From contig CAXIUT010000124.1 in the NCBI GenBank assembly GCA_964035545.1, positions 37,731 through 59,500 of the forward strand: a stretch of 21,770 bases of DNA, read 5' to 3'. Within the stretch, counting starts at the first letter, position 1, and each line of letters opens with the position of its first letter. Made by a program: the position numbers and the translations under genes. Shown piece by piece: positions 1-12,993 of the stretch. Origin of the DNA: Bugula neritina. Lineage: Eukaryota > Animalia > Bryozoa. Below the pieces are notes generated by a model, which was not told the DNA's origin, made no database searches, and worked only from the letters and a program-made list of their open reading frames with translations.

Positions 1-122
1 CCAACCCCAACCCCAACCCCAACCCCAACCCCAACCCCAACCCCAACCCCAACCCCAACCCCAACCCCAACCCCAACCCCAACCCCAACCCCAACCCCAA
101 CCCCAACCCCAACCCCAACCCC
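1..122 (+). repeat. Left telomere (CCCCAA)n
   Basis: Perfect C4A2 tandem repeats from base 1, ending CCCC|TAATC. This is the Tetrahymena-type ciliate telomere repeat. Confidence 0.99.
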
Positions 123-170
123 TAATCGAATTTTATCAGTAAAAGATCGTTAAAATAAAAGAATAAAAAC

Positions 171-810
171 TCAATTTTGATATTGTGATATGATTAAACT
201 TTTAGGCTTACTTCCATAATTAGGAATATCTTTTCGACTAGTAAAGTAACCTTTTGAAGCCAATCTGTCAGAATCCATAGCTACGTCTTCTTCTTTCTTT
301 TATAAATAGTTCTAATATTAACCTATTTTTACCAAGTAACTCACTCTTAGGTAACGAACTGACTCATCCAAACGAGTTATTATCCTTATTATGATTCCTA
401 TCTATCAATAAAACTACCTTCACACCATATACTATTTGAATCTCGAACATCCAATGTCATCCCAACTTTAATACCTTTTAGCTATCTCTTTCTCCTTTAT
501 TCTTTTGCTATTTCATTTCTTTTCCTCAATCTCTCTTTTTCACTAATATCTTTCTTGATAACATTATCAATAAATTAAGAGATACAAGGAACAGGACAAA
601 GTGGTTTTCCTCTGATACTTTTAGCACATCTTGGACATGTCTAAATATCATGAATATTACATCAGCAAAGAGCAAGTACTAATCAAGACATAAATAGCAA
701 AAAGTATGACCACAAGAAGCAGTGTAAGGCAGTGAAAAGAAATCTTGGCAGATAAAACAAAGAAGGTCACAAGAAGTGATAGGTAGATTTGTTTTGTTTA
801 TACTACTCAT
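171..810 (-). CDS. C3HC4 RING-finger protein with C-terminal chromo-barrel/Tudor-like domain (putative E3 ligase); introns 641-660, 398-417, probably 312-332
   Basis: With TAR=Glu: [50 protein letters not shown]|TCPRC (RING) ... [25 protein letters not shown]...LRVSYL...[27 protein letters not shown] at 171-173. The two 20-nt introns are required for frame; the 21-nt one is frame-neutral. Confidence 0.88.
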
Positions 811-1142
811 TATTTTATTATCCAAATATATTGTCTAGCTTTGAATTTTAAAATATTTTAGTACGAAATTATATCAATATCATTCCAATAATAATCAATA
901 AAAAACAATAATTATTTTATATTTGAATTTAGTCTCTTATCTTTTGGTTAAATATTTTGAATAATTTACTTCTAACATCAATTAAAGGAATAAAATCTTT
1001 GAAATGGCATTGAATCGTTTAAAAAGAATCAATATTTAATGATTTTTAAGTCATATTTGTTCAGAAATCGTTAATTTATTGTTAATATGATAAAAGAAAT
1101 TAAAAAAAATAGCAATTCTTTTATATTTAATTTGGATTACAA

Positions 1143-2471
1143 ATGATGAAGGAAGAATAAAGACCTGGAAAAATGGTCAAAATAGGTATCATAGGTAATG
1201 TGGATGCAGGAAAATCCACATTAGTGTCAGTCCTTACCAAAGGTATCGCTGACGATGGAAACGGAGGTGCTCGAGTCAGAGTGCTTAACTATCTTCACGA
1301 ACAAGAATCAGGAAGAACCAGTTCTATAGGTCAAGAAATCTTAGGATTCACAGAGAATGGTAAACAAGTAATTCCAGAACGATTTAATCAAAATAAAAAC
1401 AAATATTGGAAAGAAATAGTCGCAAATAGTTTCAAAATAGTGTCCTTAGTTGACCTCTGTGGACACTAAAAATATCTAAAAACAACTATTAATGGCCTTA
1501 CTGGTTTGTCCCCTGACTTTGGATGTGTTGTTGTAGGAGCTAATATGGGTGTACAAAAAATGACAAAAGAACATATCGGATTGTGCCTTTTCTTGAAGAT
1601 ACCCTTCTTCATTGTTTTAACAAAAGTTGATATGTGTCCTCAAAACAAGTATTAAGAAACTCTAGATGAACTCAGAAAAATATTAAGACACAAACTACTC
1701 AATAAGTTTCCAATTTAAATAACAGAAAAAACTCCTGAAAACGAATTAATTAAAACAGCAGAACTAATGCCTTCAGGTAATGTTTGCCCAATCTTTCCTG
1801 TTTCTAGCGTAACTAAACTTGGAATTAGTGCTTTGACTTATTTCCTTTGGAAAGCATAAAAACCTAAAGATGTCAGCTTAGAAGAAGCCATTGGACAACC
1901 CTTTGAATTTGAAATCAATTAAAACTTCTTAGTTGAAGGTGTTGGATTAGTTGTCTCAGGTATCATCAAATCAGGTGTAGTCACCTTAAACAAAGCCTGC
2001 TTGATGGGACCTGATAAACTAAAACACTTTAAACCTGTTTCAGTCAAATCTATTCATGTCAACAGAGTTCAAAGAAACGAAGCATATTCTGGATAATTAG
2101 CTTGCCTCTGTCTGAAAGCAGTAAAAGCTAATGAAAAATTAGTAAGAAAAGATATCAGAAGAGGAATGGTGGTTGTTGATAATCAATAAAAACCAGAACC
2201 TGTCACCAGTTTTGAGGCAGAAATGCAAGTTTTGCACCACTCTACAACAATAAAGCCTCACTACGAGGGTGTACTTCACTGTGGAACTATCCAACAGACA
2301 GTTATATTAGACGAAATAATAGGAGAAGAACAAGTGCTTAGAAACTAAGACAGAGGTCATGTTAAGTTCACGTTCAAGTACAGGCCTGAATTTGTCAAGG
2401 TAGGAGAGACGATTCTATTGAGAGAAGGAAAGACGAAAATCATAGGAACGATAACGAAAATATTGGGTTGA
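1143..2471 (+). CDS. GTPBP1: GTP-binding protein GTPBP1/GTPBP2 family (EF-Tu/eEF1A-like translational GTPase), 442 aa, intronless
   Basis: [15 protein letters not shown] (G1), [11 protein letters not shown] (G2), DLCGH[TAA=E]KYLKTT (G3), TKVD (G4), followed by domain II/III motifs ([21 protein letters not shown]). Open to TGA 2469-2471. GTPBP1 vs GTPBP2 cannot be resolved by eye. Confidence 0.93.
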
Positions 2472-2592
2472 AAACAATTTATTGATATTAACTCATGTTT
2501 CATATTTCTATGCTTAAAATATCATATCAATTCATACAAACTATTCTTTAAAATATAAAGATTAATATCTTTGATATAAAAGGTTTAATGAT

Positions 2593-2597
2593 AAAAA
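2593..2597 (-). terminator. Pol III oligo-T terminator of tRNA-Leu
   Basis: TTTTT on the minus strand immediately after the discriminator base. Confidence 0.7.
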
Positions 2598-2679
2598 TGC
2601 ACAGAGAGGGATTTGAACCCTCGAGTGTTGCCACATCGCATCTTGAGTGCGACCCCTTAGACCGCTCGGGCATCTGTGC
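2598..2679 (-). tRNA. tRNA-Leu (anticodon CAA)
   Basis: Reverse complement GCACAGA TG CCCGAGCGGTCTAAGGG G TCGCA-CTCAAGA-TGCGA, long variable arm, GAGGGTTCAAATCCCTC, TCTGTGC-A. Acceptor, anticodon and T stems all pair. Confidence 0.96.
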
Positions 2680-2954
2680 TAAGTACTTATATTGTTTTCG
2701 TCTCTATTAAATCCATAAATTATCATTCTAATCTTTTATTCAATTTTTATTATCTACAAGAACTTGCTGTTGATAACTTAAAGTGAATCATTCTCTTGAA
2801 ATTAAAAGATATAATTTTCAACAATATGACAGAACTATTCATTCAATATAAACAAATAATCATCATTTCTTTTCATAAAAGATTTTGAATTATTATTATC
2901 TCTTAGAAATTAATAAATAAATAACTTAAAAATCTTTAATTATAAATATTTACT

Positions 2955-3680
2955 ATGACTACTTTCGAGAATTTCAAAAAAAGTAGAAACAGCAGCAAAT
3001 CTTATAGTAGAATATCAATTCAATCACAATCAAAACCTCCAGAACTACACGCACTTCACTTTTCTGTCAACTAAATTATCTTCAACTACCAATAAGATAC
3101 AGATATTTTAATTAACACTGATCTAAAAATAAATAACTTCAGCAGTCAAAGTATTTACTTCAGAATAGTTGGAAATGCAGTTCAATACTATGATGTTGCC
3201 CCTTCTCAAGATATTCTCTATTCATCTACCAGTTGTAGTATAGTTTTCAGATTCAAAAAATCACTAATAAATATTAATCCTAGCGATAACTACCCAAATA
3301 ACTTCACTAAAATAAAAGATATATTAAAAAAGCATGCCTTTTAAGTGCAATGGGCAGTAATATCAGAATAAGAACTAAAATAAAATAAAATACCTTTACC
3401 AACGAATAATCAAGCAATCACTGTTGATATAATATAGTCGATATCTAATTTCAAACAATCAAATTTAAAGAAAGTTGAGTCAAAATTCAGCGTTGATAGA
3501 GATAATAGATTTTCAGAAAATAAATAAATATCTAATTTTTCTTTAAGTAAAGTCTAATCAAATAATCACTTTGTTGATTCTCAAAACTATGGATAACCAG
3601 AAAGATCGTCGCTCTTAACAACTCCTATCATTGCTATAGTGGCTAGTGTCTCGTTTATTCTTGGATTCATCAGTGCTTGA
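2955..3680 (+). CDS. Divergent MSP-domain tail-anchored protein (VAP/Scs2-like), 241 aa
   Basis: Continuous ORF to TGA. MSP-like pattern LHFSVNEIIF...TDLKINNFSSQSIYFRIVGNAVQYYDVAPSQDIL...HAFEVQW; hydrophobic C-terminal tail IIAIVASVSFILGFISA*. Confidence 0.7.
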
Positions 3681-3800
3681 TCTATATTTTAATTTTAATC
3701 ATCTTGATTTTTGTTTCATAAATTTGATAATATTGTTTTTAATGTTTTTTATCTCTTCTGAAAGATATTTTCAATATTTTATTTTGGATATTAAATAAAG

Positions 3801-4763
<963 letters not shown>

Positions 4764-4893
4764 TAATTCATAAATCATTCTATATGTTAACAATTAAAAG
4801 CAATTTCTTTAACAAATGAAAAGTGTCTAAAGTTGGTAATTTTTGACTATTTTAAGTTAGTAATAGCTATTTGAATATCAAATTATATTAAAT

Positions 4894-7800
4894 ATGAAGG
4901 GCGCTACTTTAGCTCAAGTTCTTGCAGACACTCTCAACCCATCCACTACTCACTCCAGCAGATAAATTCTCTTCAATATGAAATTTAACAAGGGCTTTGC
5001 CATAGAACTCCTTGTTATCAGTGACGATTCTAATTATGATTTTTCAATTCGACAAGCATCACTGGTCTTTCTCAAAAATCTTATCTAAACTCATTGCGCT
5101 GAACCTTTTATTCCTGAAGAAGATCTCTTAGCTGTAATGAATTCCCTCTTAGAAGGTATATCAATCTCTATTTAGCTCTTATACGTAATGTTACGAACTC
5201 AAAACTTACTCCTACCTTCAGAGAAATTATCTTTAAACTAGCCGAAAAGTACTATCCCAAACACTGGCCTTCAATAGTTGAGTAATCAGTAAAAATTCTT
5301 GAAAGTAGCACTGAATTGGGAGGATTATTAGGAGCAGTATAAGCTTTAAAAGCAGTTTACTCAGTTTTTGGAGGTTCAATATCAAGATAAATCGAACTAA
5401 ACAATTTATGTAACAGAAGTTTACTACCACTACTGGGATTAGCATCTAAACTCTTTCAAAATTTCAATCAAGAAACTTCATATATCCTGATAAGTATCTT
5501 TAAGCTTATCAACACTACTCTTTTGTTCTATATGCCTCAAATAGTTGCCATGAATATCCATAGTTTCATGATTTTTATCAAAAAAATTCTTGATATAAAC
5601 GCTGATATGGCATCAAATGATAACACTAATCTCTATCTCTTGAAAAAACTTAGTCTCAGAATCTTATTCAGAATCTATCAAAAGCATGCTAATTTCAGAA
5701 TGACTCCAGACAAAGCCTTTGCCTAACAATTTCATATCAAATACACTAAACCTTTTATTGAAACACTTATCCTTCAGATAATGCTAAAATCATAAAATAA
5801 TAATAAAACAGCAAGACGTCGTACTTTAGAACTGATAAAACTGTCTCTTTCATGTTTGGCTTATATCAATAGACAGAATCCCGAAGCAGCAGGGATCCTT
5901 ATTCAAAATAGATAGCCTTTATTAAAGCTATGTATGTAAACTTTCAGAATATCTTTAAATAAAAATTATGTCAACTTCAATTAATTTAAATTATACATTC
6001 AAGAAACTAGAGTACAAATGAGATAGTTCATTTTTAGTATGATTAGCTGTGATGCCATTCCAGATCATCAGACAGATTCAGTAAATGCTATTTTATCTAT
6101 CTTGCTTTAATATTTATAAAAAGGAAATTAAGAACAAAGATAACTAGCTTTATACCTATTTACTGAGATGTCTACTTAGTTAAAATATCTGACTGATAAA
6201 ATGGATTAAAAGATGATTATGCTTGTTCTTAATTATGTAAAGCCATTACTAAAAAACTAAAGTCACATGCTTATCAGAGCCAGAGCTTGTGAACTTATCT
6301 CCAGTTATAACTATCTAGACTTTCCTTAAGAGCATATGACAGAGCTAGCAACTTCGATTTACAATTGTTTACTGGTGGGAGATAGCTAAAAATAAACATT
6401 TCTTAAAATATATGCCTGTCATGCTTTTAACAGTATCATGAGATATGATGCTATTACATAATTTATTAAACCATTTATTCCATAGATCCTTAAAATATAC
6501 ACAGATCTTCTTAAAGCTGATAGTTCAATCATCAAAAACTTTTAAGACCTTATCAACCTTCTTGAATAATAGATAAGTCCCTATGCAAACGATCTAGTTA
6601 AACTCCTCATCAACATGTTTGTAGGCTACACTCAAAATGAGCCTTCAATAAATAATCAAAGCTACAACAGCAATAATTAACAACAATAAGCAGATGAAGA
6701 AGATGATGATGACATTGGTGATGAAGAACAAGATATCAATTATTAAAGAAATGCCAAAGCATGTATCTCATCGATTCGTCAGATAATGCAATCAAGTACA
6801 ACCAAGTTATCTAATGAAGTTGGAGATATGCTATTTGATTTGGTTGTATGGGTCTTTAGTGATAAAAATCAAAATTATATTGAAGAAGGCTACAATATTC
6901 TCAATTTATTGCTTTATAAGTTATAATCTCACCCTGATCCTAAACTATTCCTCTTCTTTAAAGTTATTGTCTATGCTATTTTAGGATTGCCAAAGGAATA
7001 TGTGTTAGAATTGAAAAGTAAAGGAGATTAATATAGTGTCAAGTATGCTTAAATATTATAAAATATCTGTGTGGACCCAGATATCGATATTATCTAAAAC
7101 TCAATCGGTTGTATTAGAAATTTTATCGCAAAATCATCAGGAAATTTTCTCAGAAACTAAAAAGATTAATTAAACTTTACATACATGGGATATTTATTCA
7201 AAATAGTGAGAGATATACATTAAAATAAATCATAAAAATCAACTCAAACTGACAGACTCATCATCCTAACTATCTATATTACCCTTATCTAATATCAAGT
7301 TGTAGAACCAGAAGAACTCAAAGAAATCATTTCAACCTTATGGTCTTGGATGCGAATGGAATAATAAGTTGTTGAGGCATAAATGATCAAAAACAAAAAT
7401 AGTTTTGTTCAAGGAGCTGGAGTAGTTGTTCCTAAATACACCTATACCTCAGTTTACTTGCAAATATTTTTGCTTTCACCTAACTTTTATAAAGAAACTT
7501 TACAGCTCTTCGATATAAACTATGTAGTTCAAAAAACAATCTAAATAGCTGATACATTTAAGTGTGATTACTAATTAACAAGAATAATAGTTGGCTTTTC
7601 CTATCTTTTGTAAAACCAAATCATTGGAGAAGTAAATCTCGTGAAAGGAATGCTTAATTCTCTACCTGAATTTGTCAGAAGATTATGTGAGATAAGACAA
7701 GAAGGAGATAATCCTCTAAATGATCTAAATATGGATGACTAAGCGATAGAAGAAGACTCAAACACTCATCTGATTATAGGATATCCACAGGGACAAGCTG

Positions 7801-8024
7801 CTACAGACAAAGATCTAATGCTACAAGGAGTTGATGACTAATCAGATGATGATTGGGAAGAATAGTTCAATAAATTTTATGAGTCACCTCTTGATAAAAT
7901 GGAAGAACTGAAGTATTTAGGAGATGTAATGGCAAGAATGGGTAACATTTACGGAGCATATATGGATAAAGATAAGCAGGAACAACTTAGTTTATATTTG
8001 TCTAAAGCTCCACCTAAAAATTGA
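4894..8024 (+). CDS. Importin-beta family karyopherin, importin-7/8 (Nmd5/SAD2)-like, ~1036 aa; intron 5156-5175
   Basis: IBN_N-like IRQASLVFLKNLI, YPKHWP, LIRARACELI, acidic loops (EADEEDDDDIGDEE; DDESDDDWEEE) and C-terminal YESPLD. One 20-nt intron makes the length a multiple of 3 to TGA 8022-8024. Confidence 0.85.
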
Positions 8025-8455
8025 TCGTCTCATGTAACATCTTAAATTGATAATTATTTAATAATGAACAAAAGAAATCAGGTTCCTTGAGATTCTATAC
8101 AATGAATAAAGCATTATTATAGTGCTTTAGTCTAGATTCTTATATTTATTCACTAATTTTATTTATCAACTCGAACTCTCATCATTTTACTTTTCAAAAA
8201 TAACAAAAAGTAAAATTATCTTTACAAAAAGCACCACAACACCAACTAACTCTGCAGTCATATCTTTTGAGAGTTTTTAATTGATATTTTCTAGAAAAGA
8301 TGACATGTGATAAAAGTCAGAAGTGAGAGAACAAACTGAACTTTCAAAAAAATAGAAAGGAAAGGAAACTGAGCTAGAACTATCAGCAAAACAAACAATA
8401 AAAAGAATGTTATTTTATATGATTGAATTTGGGACTTATGCAATAATATTTAGCA

Positions 8456-9526
8456 ATGTAAGCAAATCAAACAATCTAGATTTCCTGTCCAATCAAAAAA
8501 ACAGTCTTCACAGAAGGTACGCTAAGAAAAATTTTAGATGACGTCTTAGAACTTAAGAAACAACTGGAAGCTAAATCTGGTTTCAAGCTAAACATCAACC
8601 AGTTTTCTCCCTACGAGGTAAGAACTTTTTTTACTTCAGATATCCCTCTCTTGCCACAACACAGATAAATATCATTGCAGCTTCAAATACCTTTTTAGGA
8701 ATAACTGCAATGACCCCGAAAAGTCTTAATATATTCTCTTCTCAGAGTTTGAATCTCATCATCTGAAGTGCATCAATGAAACTTCTGGAGAGTCCAAACT
8801 TAAGTCGGAGACCATTGGCTCGCCTTCATTCAAAAGATATAGGCCAGAGCCAGAATAGTAGCCAGAAAGCTTTTCTCCTAAAATTCTTAGTTTGGTTTAA
8901 AAGAATACATTAAGTGACAAATCTTAAAAACTTTAGAAATCTATGATGGAAGAGTATATAGTTTTACAGAGGAAACATTCAAACAAACTTTATACGGAGG
9001 GTACTTTTACCTTTAGATAGATTAATTCTCTGCTTTAAAAAAAGAATTATAATTTTAGTCTAAGGGATTAATATCTAAATCAACTGAGTTCCATAATGAA
9101 TTAGGTTACATAACTAAAATTTCATTTAAATGTAAATACTAAAACAACAACTGCCCCTATTTATCAACTCTTACCTATCTTCATGAAAGAAATTCTAAAA
9201 ATCAAAAACTTTATCGTCTAGAAAAAATTAATAACCTTCATAGTAAACACTGCACCCTTGAAGATTAAGAAGTTCATTTTAACTATATCACTCGCAAAAT
9301 AGATGACAACTTCAACCTATTAATCAAAATTATTAGATAAAATGCTCTTGATATCAAACCAAAGGTACATCATGTTATATATTAGAGAGTTCTATAACTT
9401 TTCACTATGGAGCTAGAAGAAGATACTGACTTTATTTATAGAGGAATTTAAAGCAAAAACAACAGAAGAGCTGCAAAAAAATACTTTGATAACAGTGTTG
9501 CAAAAGCTCGGAATATGCTTAAGTGA
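8456..9526 (+). CDS. Protein with two tandem Cys/His modules resembling WRKY/GCM1/FAR1 (MULE-type) Zn DNA-binding domains, ~328 aa; introns 8517-8537, 8618-8639, 9001-9020, 9365-9385
   Basis: Repeat 1: VFTEDDVLELKKQLE...ISLSCHNTDKYHCSF...YILFSEFESHHLKC. Repeat 2: LYTEDEFSALKKELE...ISFKCKYENNNCPY...YRLEKINNLHSKHC. The 22- and 20-nt introns are required for frame. The gene model is fairly solid; the domain call is inference. Confidence 0.7.
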
Positions 9527-9798
9527 TCAAAAAATGATTTTTAATAATAATATTAAGAAAAATCAACTTATCACTTAGTTAAAAGAGTAATAGTGAGAAT
9601 TTGATAGCCTAAATTTTTTAAACTAAGCTGTTTTATTTTTTAGTAAACTAATATTTTAAAAAAGGAAAAGTTTTATAAGAAATAAGAATTGATAAAATTC
9701 CTTTACAAAAAGAATGATGTTTAAATTTGTTCTTATTTTGTAATTAAAATGATGATTGATATCAAAGATGCTATAATTATATTCTTATAAACATTACG

Positions 9799-10041
9799 AT
9801 GGCGGGTTAACCTAAAACTTCTGAGGAGTACATTTAACTTGTTCGAAAACAAGCAGCCTAACAGCAAAACGAGAAAGTTATTAGTCAACAGTAGCTCAAC
9901 AGCAAACGTATGAGTGATAAGGAGTATTATCGCTAAAACATAAAATTTTATTCACTAATTCTGGTTATCATCGTGCTAAGCTTTGTTGGAGTGAAAGTAT
10001 TTCCCTTACTCTTCGAAGGAAAAACAGAATAGCAAATATGA
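9799..10041 (+). CDS. Small single-pass membrane protein, 80 aa, unknown function
   Basis: MAGEPKTSEEYIELVRKQAAEQQNEKVISQQELNSKRMSDKEYYRENIKFYSLILVIIVLSFVGVKVFPLLFEGKTEEQI*. GC-richer than both flanks, with a clean TM segment. Confidence 0.75.
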
Positions 10042-10238
10042 TTTCTGAACAATTTGAATTTTATATCACTTACTATTTATTTCTGTTAATAGTAATCCTA
10101 TTTAAAATTCAAAGAGAAGTCTTAATCTTTTAATTAATAAATAAACTCAAGAAAAACAGTTAATTCTTTGATATTTTATCGAATATTGATGTTCGGACAA
10201 ACAATTTACTGATTTATATTTAAAAATTAATTTAAAAG

Positions 10239-11486
10239 ATGAATTTAACGAATCAATCTTACAATGAAGAAGACCAATCTATATCATTAGGTAGGTATAT
10301 TGCAAAAGAAGATCAAAAATATTTACTTTGTCCTTAAAAATCTTTAAACAATTAGACTTTGTTACTAGAACCATCTCCAATTCAATAGCATTCATCTTTT
10401 TATGTAAGTTCATAGTAAAGTTTCAATAAACCGTTTATTCTGAAAAGTGATATCTAGAATAGTAGATTCTCTGATTTTAGTCATTAGTTTAGAAGTTAAA
10501 ATGTACTTGATAATGCAAAAAAAGATAAATATTCAAAAAAGAGTAGATATTCTTTTTAAACTATCTACTAACAACTAATATCAACTATTAAAGTTCTTGT
10601 AGATAAGGTATAAAAATTAGAACAAACTTCATCTATTAAAAATTTAAAAGAATCTTTATCTTTATAAAATGGTTAATACTTTAATGAGGGAAGTCTTTTA
10701 TCAAAAATATCTAAAATAACTGGATCAACAATGAAAGAATCAAAAGAACCATAGGGTGATCAGCATTCCTATGAATAGTTTTTGGATATTTTTGTTCAAT
10801 TATTTTAAACCAAAGGACAAATTAAAATATTTAAATAACAAAATTAAAGTCTAAATAAGCAACTTCTTGATATTCAACTAGCTAATTCTACATATAAACA
10901 ATAAATTAAAAAAATAAACACTTAAAATATTAAATTAAAAGAACTATTAAGACAATATAGAATTTTTCATAAAAATAAATTAACAATAAATAAAGAAAAT
11001 AATGATTTATAAAATTCTTTAGATAGAAGACTCAAAGAATCTAAATCTCAAAATAATCTTAGAGATAAAATCAATAAAACAAAATCATTTAATATCTTTG
11101 ATTCAGTATAAACTTTAATAAATAAATAAACACCTAAGACACCAACATATAATTCAGTAAAACAATTCAAAACATCATAAAATACAAAAATAAAGTCAAA
11201 TTCTCAACAATAAAATTATCTCTTCAAAAAAATATTTTAGCTTTCATCTAAAAAATAACATAAAAATACAATTAAAAATAACATGAAAGATGATTTTTCA
11301 TTTAAATATCCATTCAATGAACTACTCGAATTAGATAATCACATAATCAATGAAAGCTAACTTGTCTGTGAACCTATGTCAACAATGTAATCACTACCAG
11401 AACTATCAGATTTCAAACAAAAACAAAAGAGTTAAACTTAATATGATAATTATAGAAAAAGAAATCCTTATTTCAAAATCAACTGA
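10239..11486 (+). CDS. Hypothetical protein with central coiled coil, 415 aa
   Basis: 1248-nt ATG-to-TGA frame with no internal TGA. K/E/N/S-rich, with heptad-like segments. Confidence 0.8.
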
Positions 11487-11619
11487 AATAAGATATCAAA
11501 TATTGATTCTTTTTTCTTTTTATAGCTTAAATCTTTTTATTTTATTGAAAAATTAAATAATTTAAAATTGATATGATCTATATTTAATTTTTTATTGATC
11601 CATACAGTTAGGTTGCAGT

Positions 11620-12916
11620 ATGTCCTATAGACCAAATTTTGGAGGAAACTATGATCATTCCTACAGCCCAAATAACCTCGGATATAGTAATGTATCAAAA
11701 AATTACAATAAACCTTCATTCAGAAGTACTTGATATCTTACTTAGATGGAATGTAAGATCACGGAGGACTTGGATAAGTGTAATATATGCTATAAAATGA
11801 AAGACATAAGTTCAGATAGACCAAATAGAAGTTAGAAAGTTAATTAGATAATGAAAGAAAAAGAAGAATCTAATTTGAAAACAAGTTGATCAAACTTAAA
11901 GATTAATTTAGTCGCAAAGAAGTATCTCTATCAGAAGCATAATTCAAAATTAATAACTTATTACATCAAAATCAAGATTTATCTGTTAACAATGATAGAT
12001 TAAAACATTAAATAGCTAGACTCTAAGAAGTATATGGAAATAAAATTCATTAACTAGAAACCTAACTCAGCCTGGAAACTAAAAACTTTTAATAAACTAC
12101 CCTTCAATACAATGAAGAATTTTAAAAGTTCAAAAAAGAAGGACAAGATTATGTTGAACAATTACAATTCTAGATGGAAAGAAAAATCAAAAATCTTGAA
12201 GAAAAATCAAAAGCAGCTGAAATGGCTAAAAGAGTACCTTCATTTTTATTCAGGATTTAACAATGTAAAACAAAAAGCTCAACGATCTTCTAATATCGAA
12301 TAGACTTCAATTTTAAGAGCAACTCAGAGATACCAAGAATAGAGCAAGAGATGAAGAAATAAAAAAAGCTCAATATCTAACTAAATCATATGAATCTAAG
12401 TTGAAAATGTCAGAAGATGGAAAGTAAGGTTTAAATAGAAAAATACAAGAGTTGATCAGATTAGTTCAAGACAAATAAGGAAAACTAGCTGATATCTAGA
12501 GAGAATACTAAGATGAAACCTCAAAGTTAAGACAAGATAAAATAGACAGTGGTTAACAAGTAAATCAACTAAATTATCTTTTATCTAAAGTTAAAAATGA
12601 ACTTGCCTAGAAAGACAACCTTATTGGTAGATCAATGTCTGGTAATTAATCCTAGGTCAAATTACTTAGACAACAATTATAGTCTAAAAGGCAATAAAAT
12701 GCATAGTTGGTGATGAGTTTGAAAGATGCTAAATCATCTCTTAAAGATCTTGATAATGAAGCAGAAAGAAAGAGAAGATAGTTGGCCTAAAGATGTTATA
12801 CTTACTAGAATGAAGCTCGTCGCTATAAGTAAGAATATTCCAGGTTGGCAGACATGCTAAAAACAAAGATAAATAGTACAATTGATAATGTTCAAGCTCC
12901 TAGACGTGAAAGATGA
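11620..12916 (+). CDS. Long coiled-coil protein (possibly cytoskeletal), 418 aa; introns 11726-11745, 12234-12253
   Basis: Y/S/G/N-rich head (MSYRPNFGGNYDHSYSPNNLGY) followed by a continuous charged heptad rod to ...LADMLKTKINSTIDNVQAPRRER*. Both 20-nt introns are required (the first removes an in-frame TGA). Confidence 0.85.
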
Positions 12917-12993
12917 TCTCAATATATTAATCAATACTATAGATAATTTTATTCATGAATAGAGGCTATGCTAGAACATAACTAAAACTGTCA

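Noticed and set aside
2598-2679. tRNA as the TAR-decoding suppressor tRNA
   Set aside because: The anticodon is CAA with a long variable arm, i.e. an ordinary tRNA-Leu.
8102-8306. Small ORFs in the importin-Zn protein spacer (8102-8284 +, 60 aa; 8166-8306 -, 46 aa with a hydrophobic stretch)
   Set aside because: With a single stop codon, ORFs of this size arise by chance. They overlap each other and have no recognisable motif.
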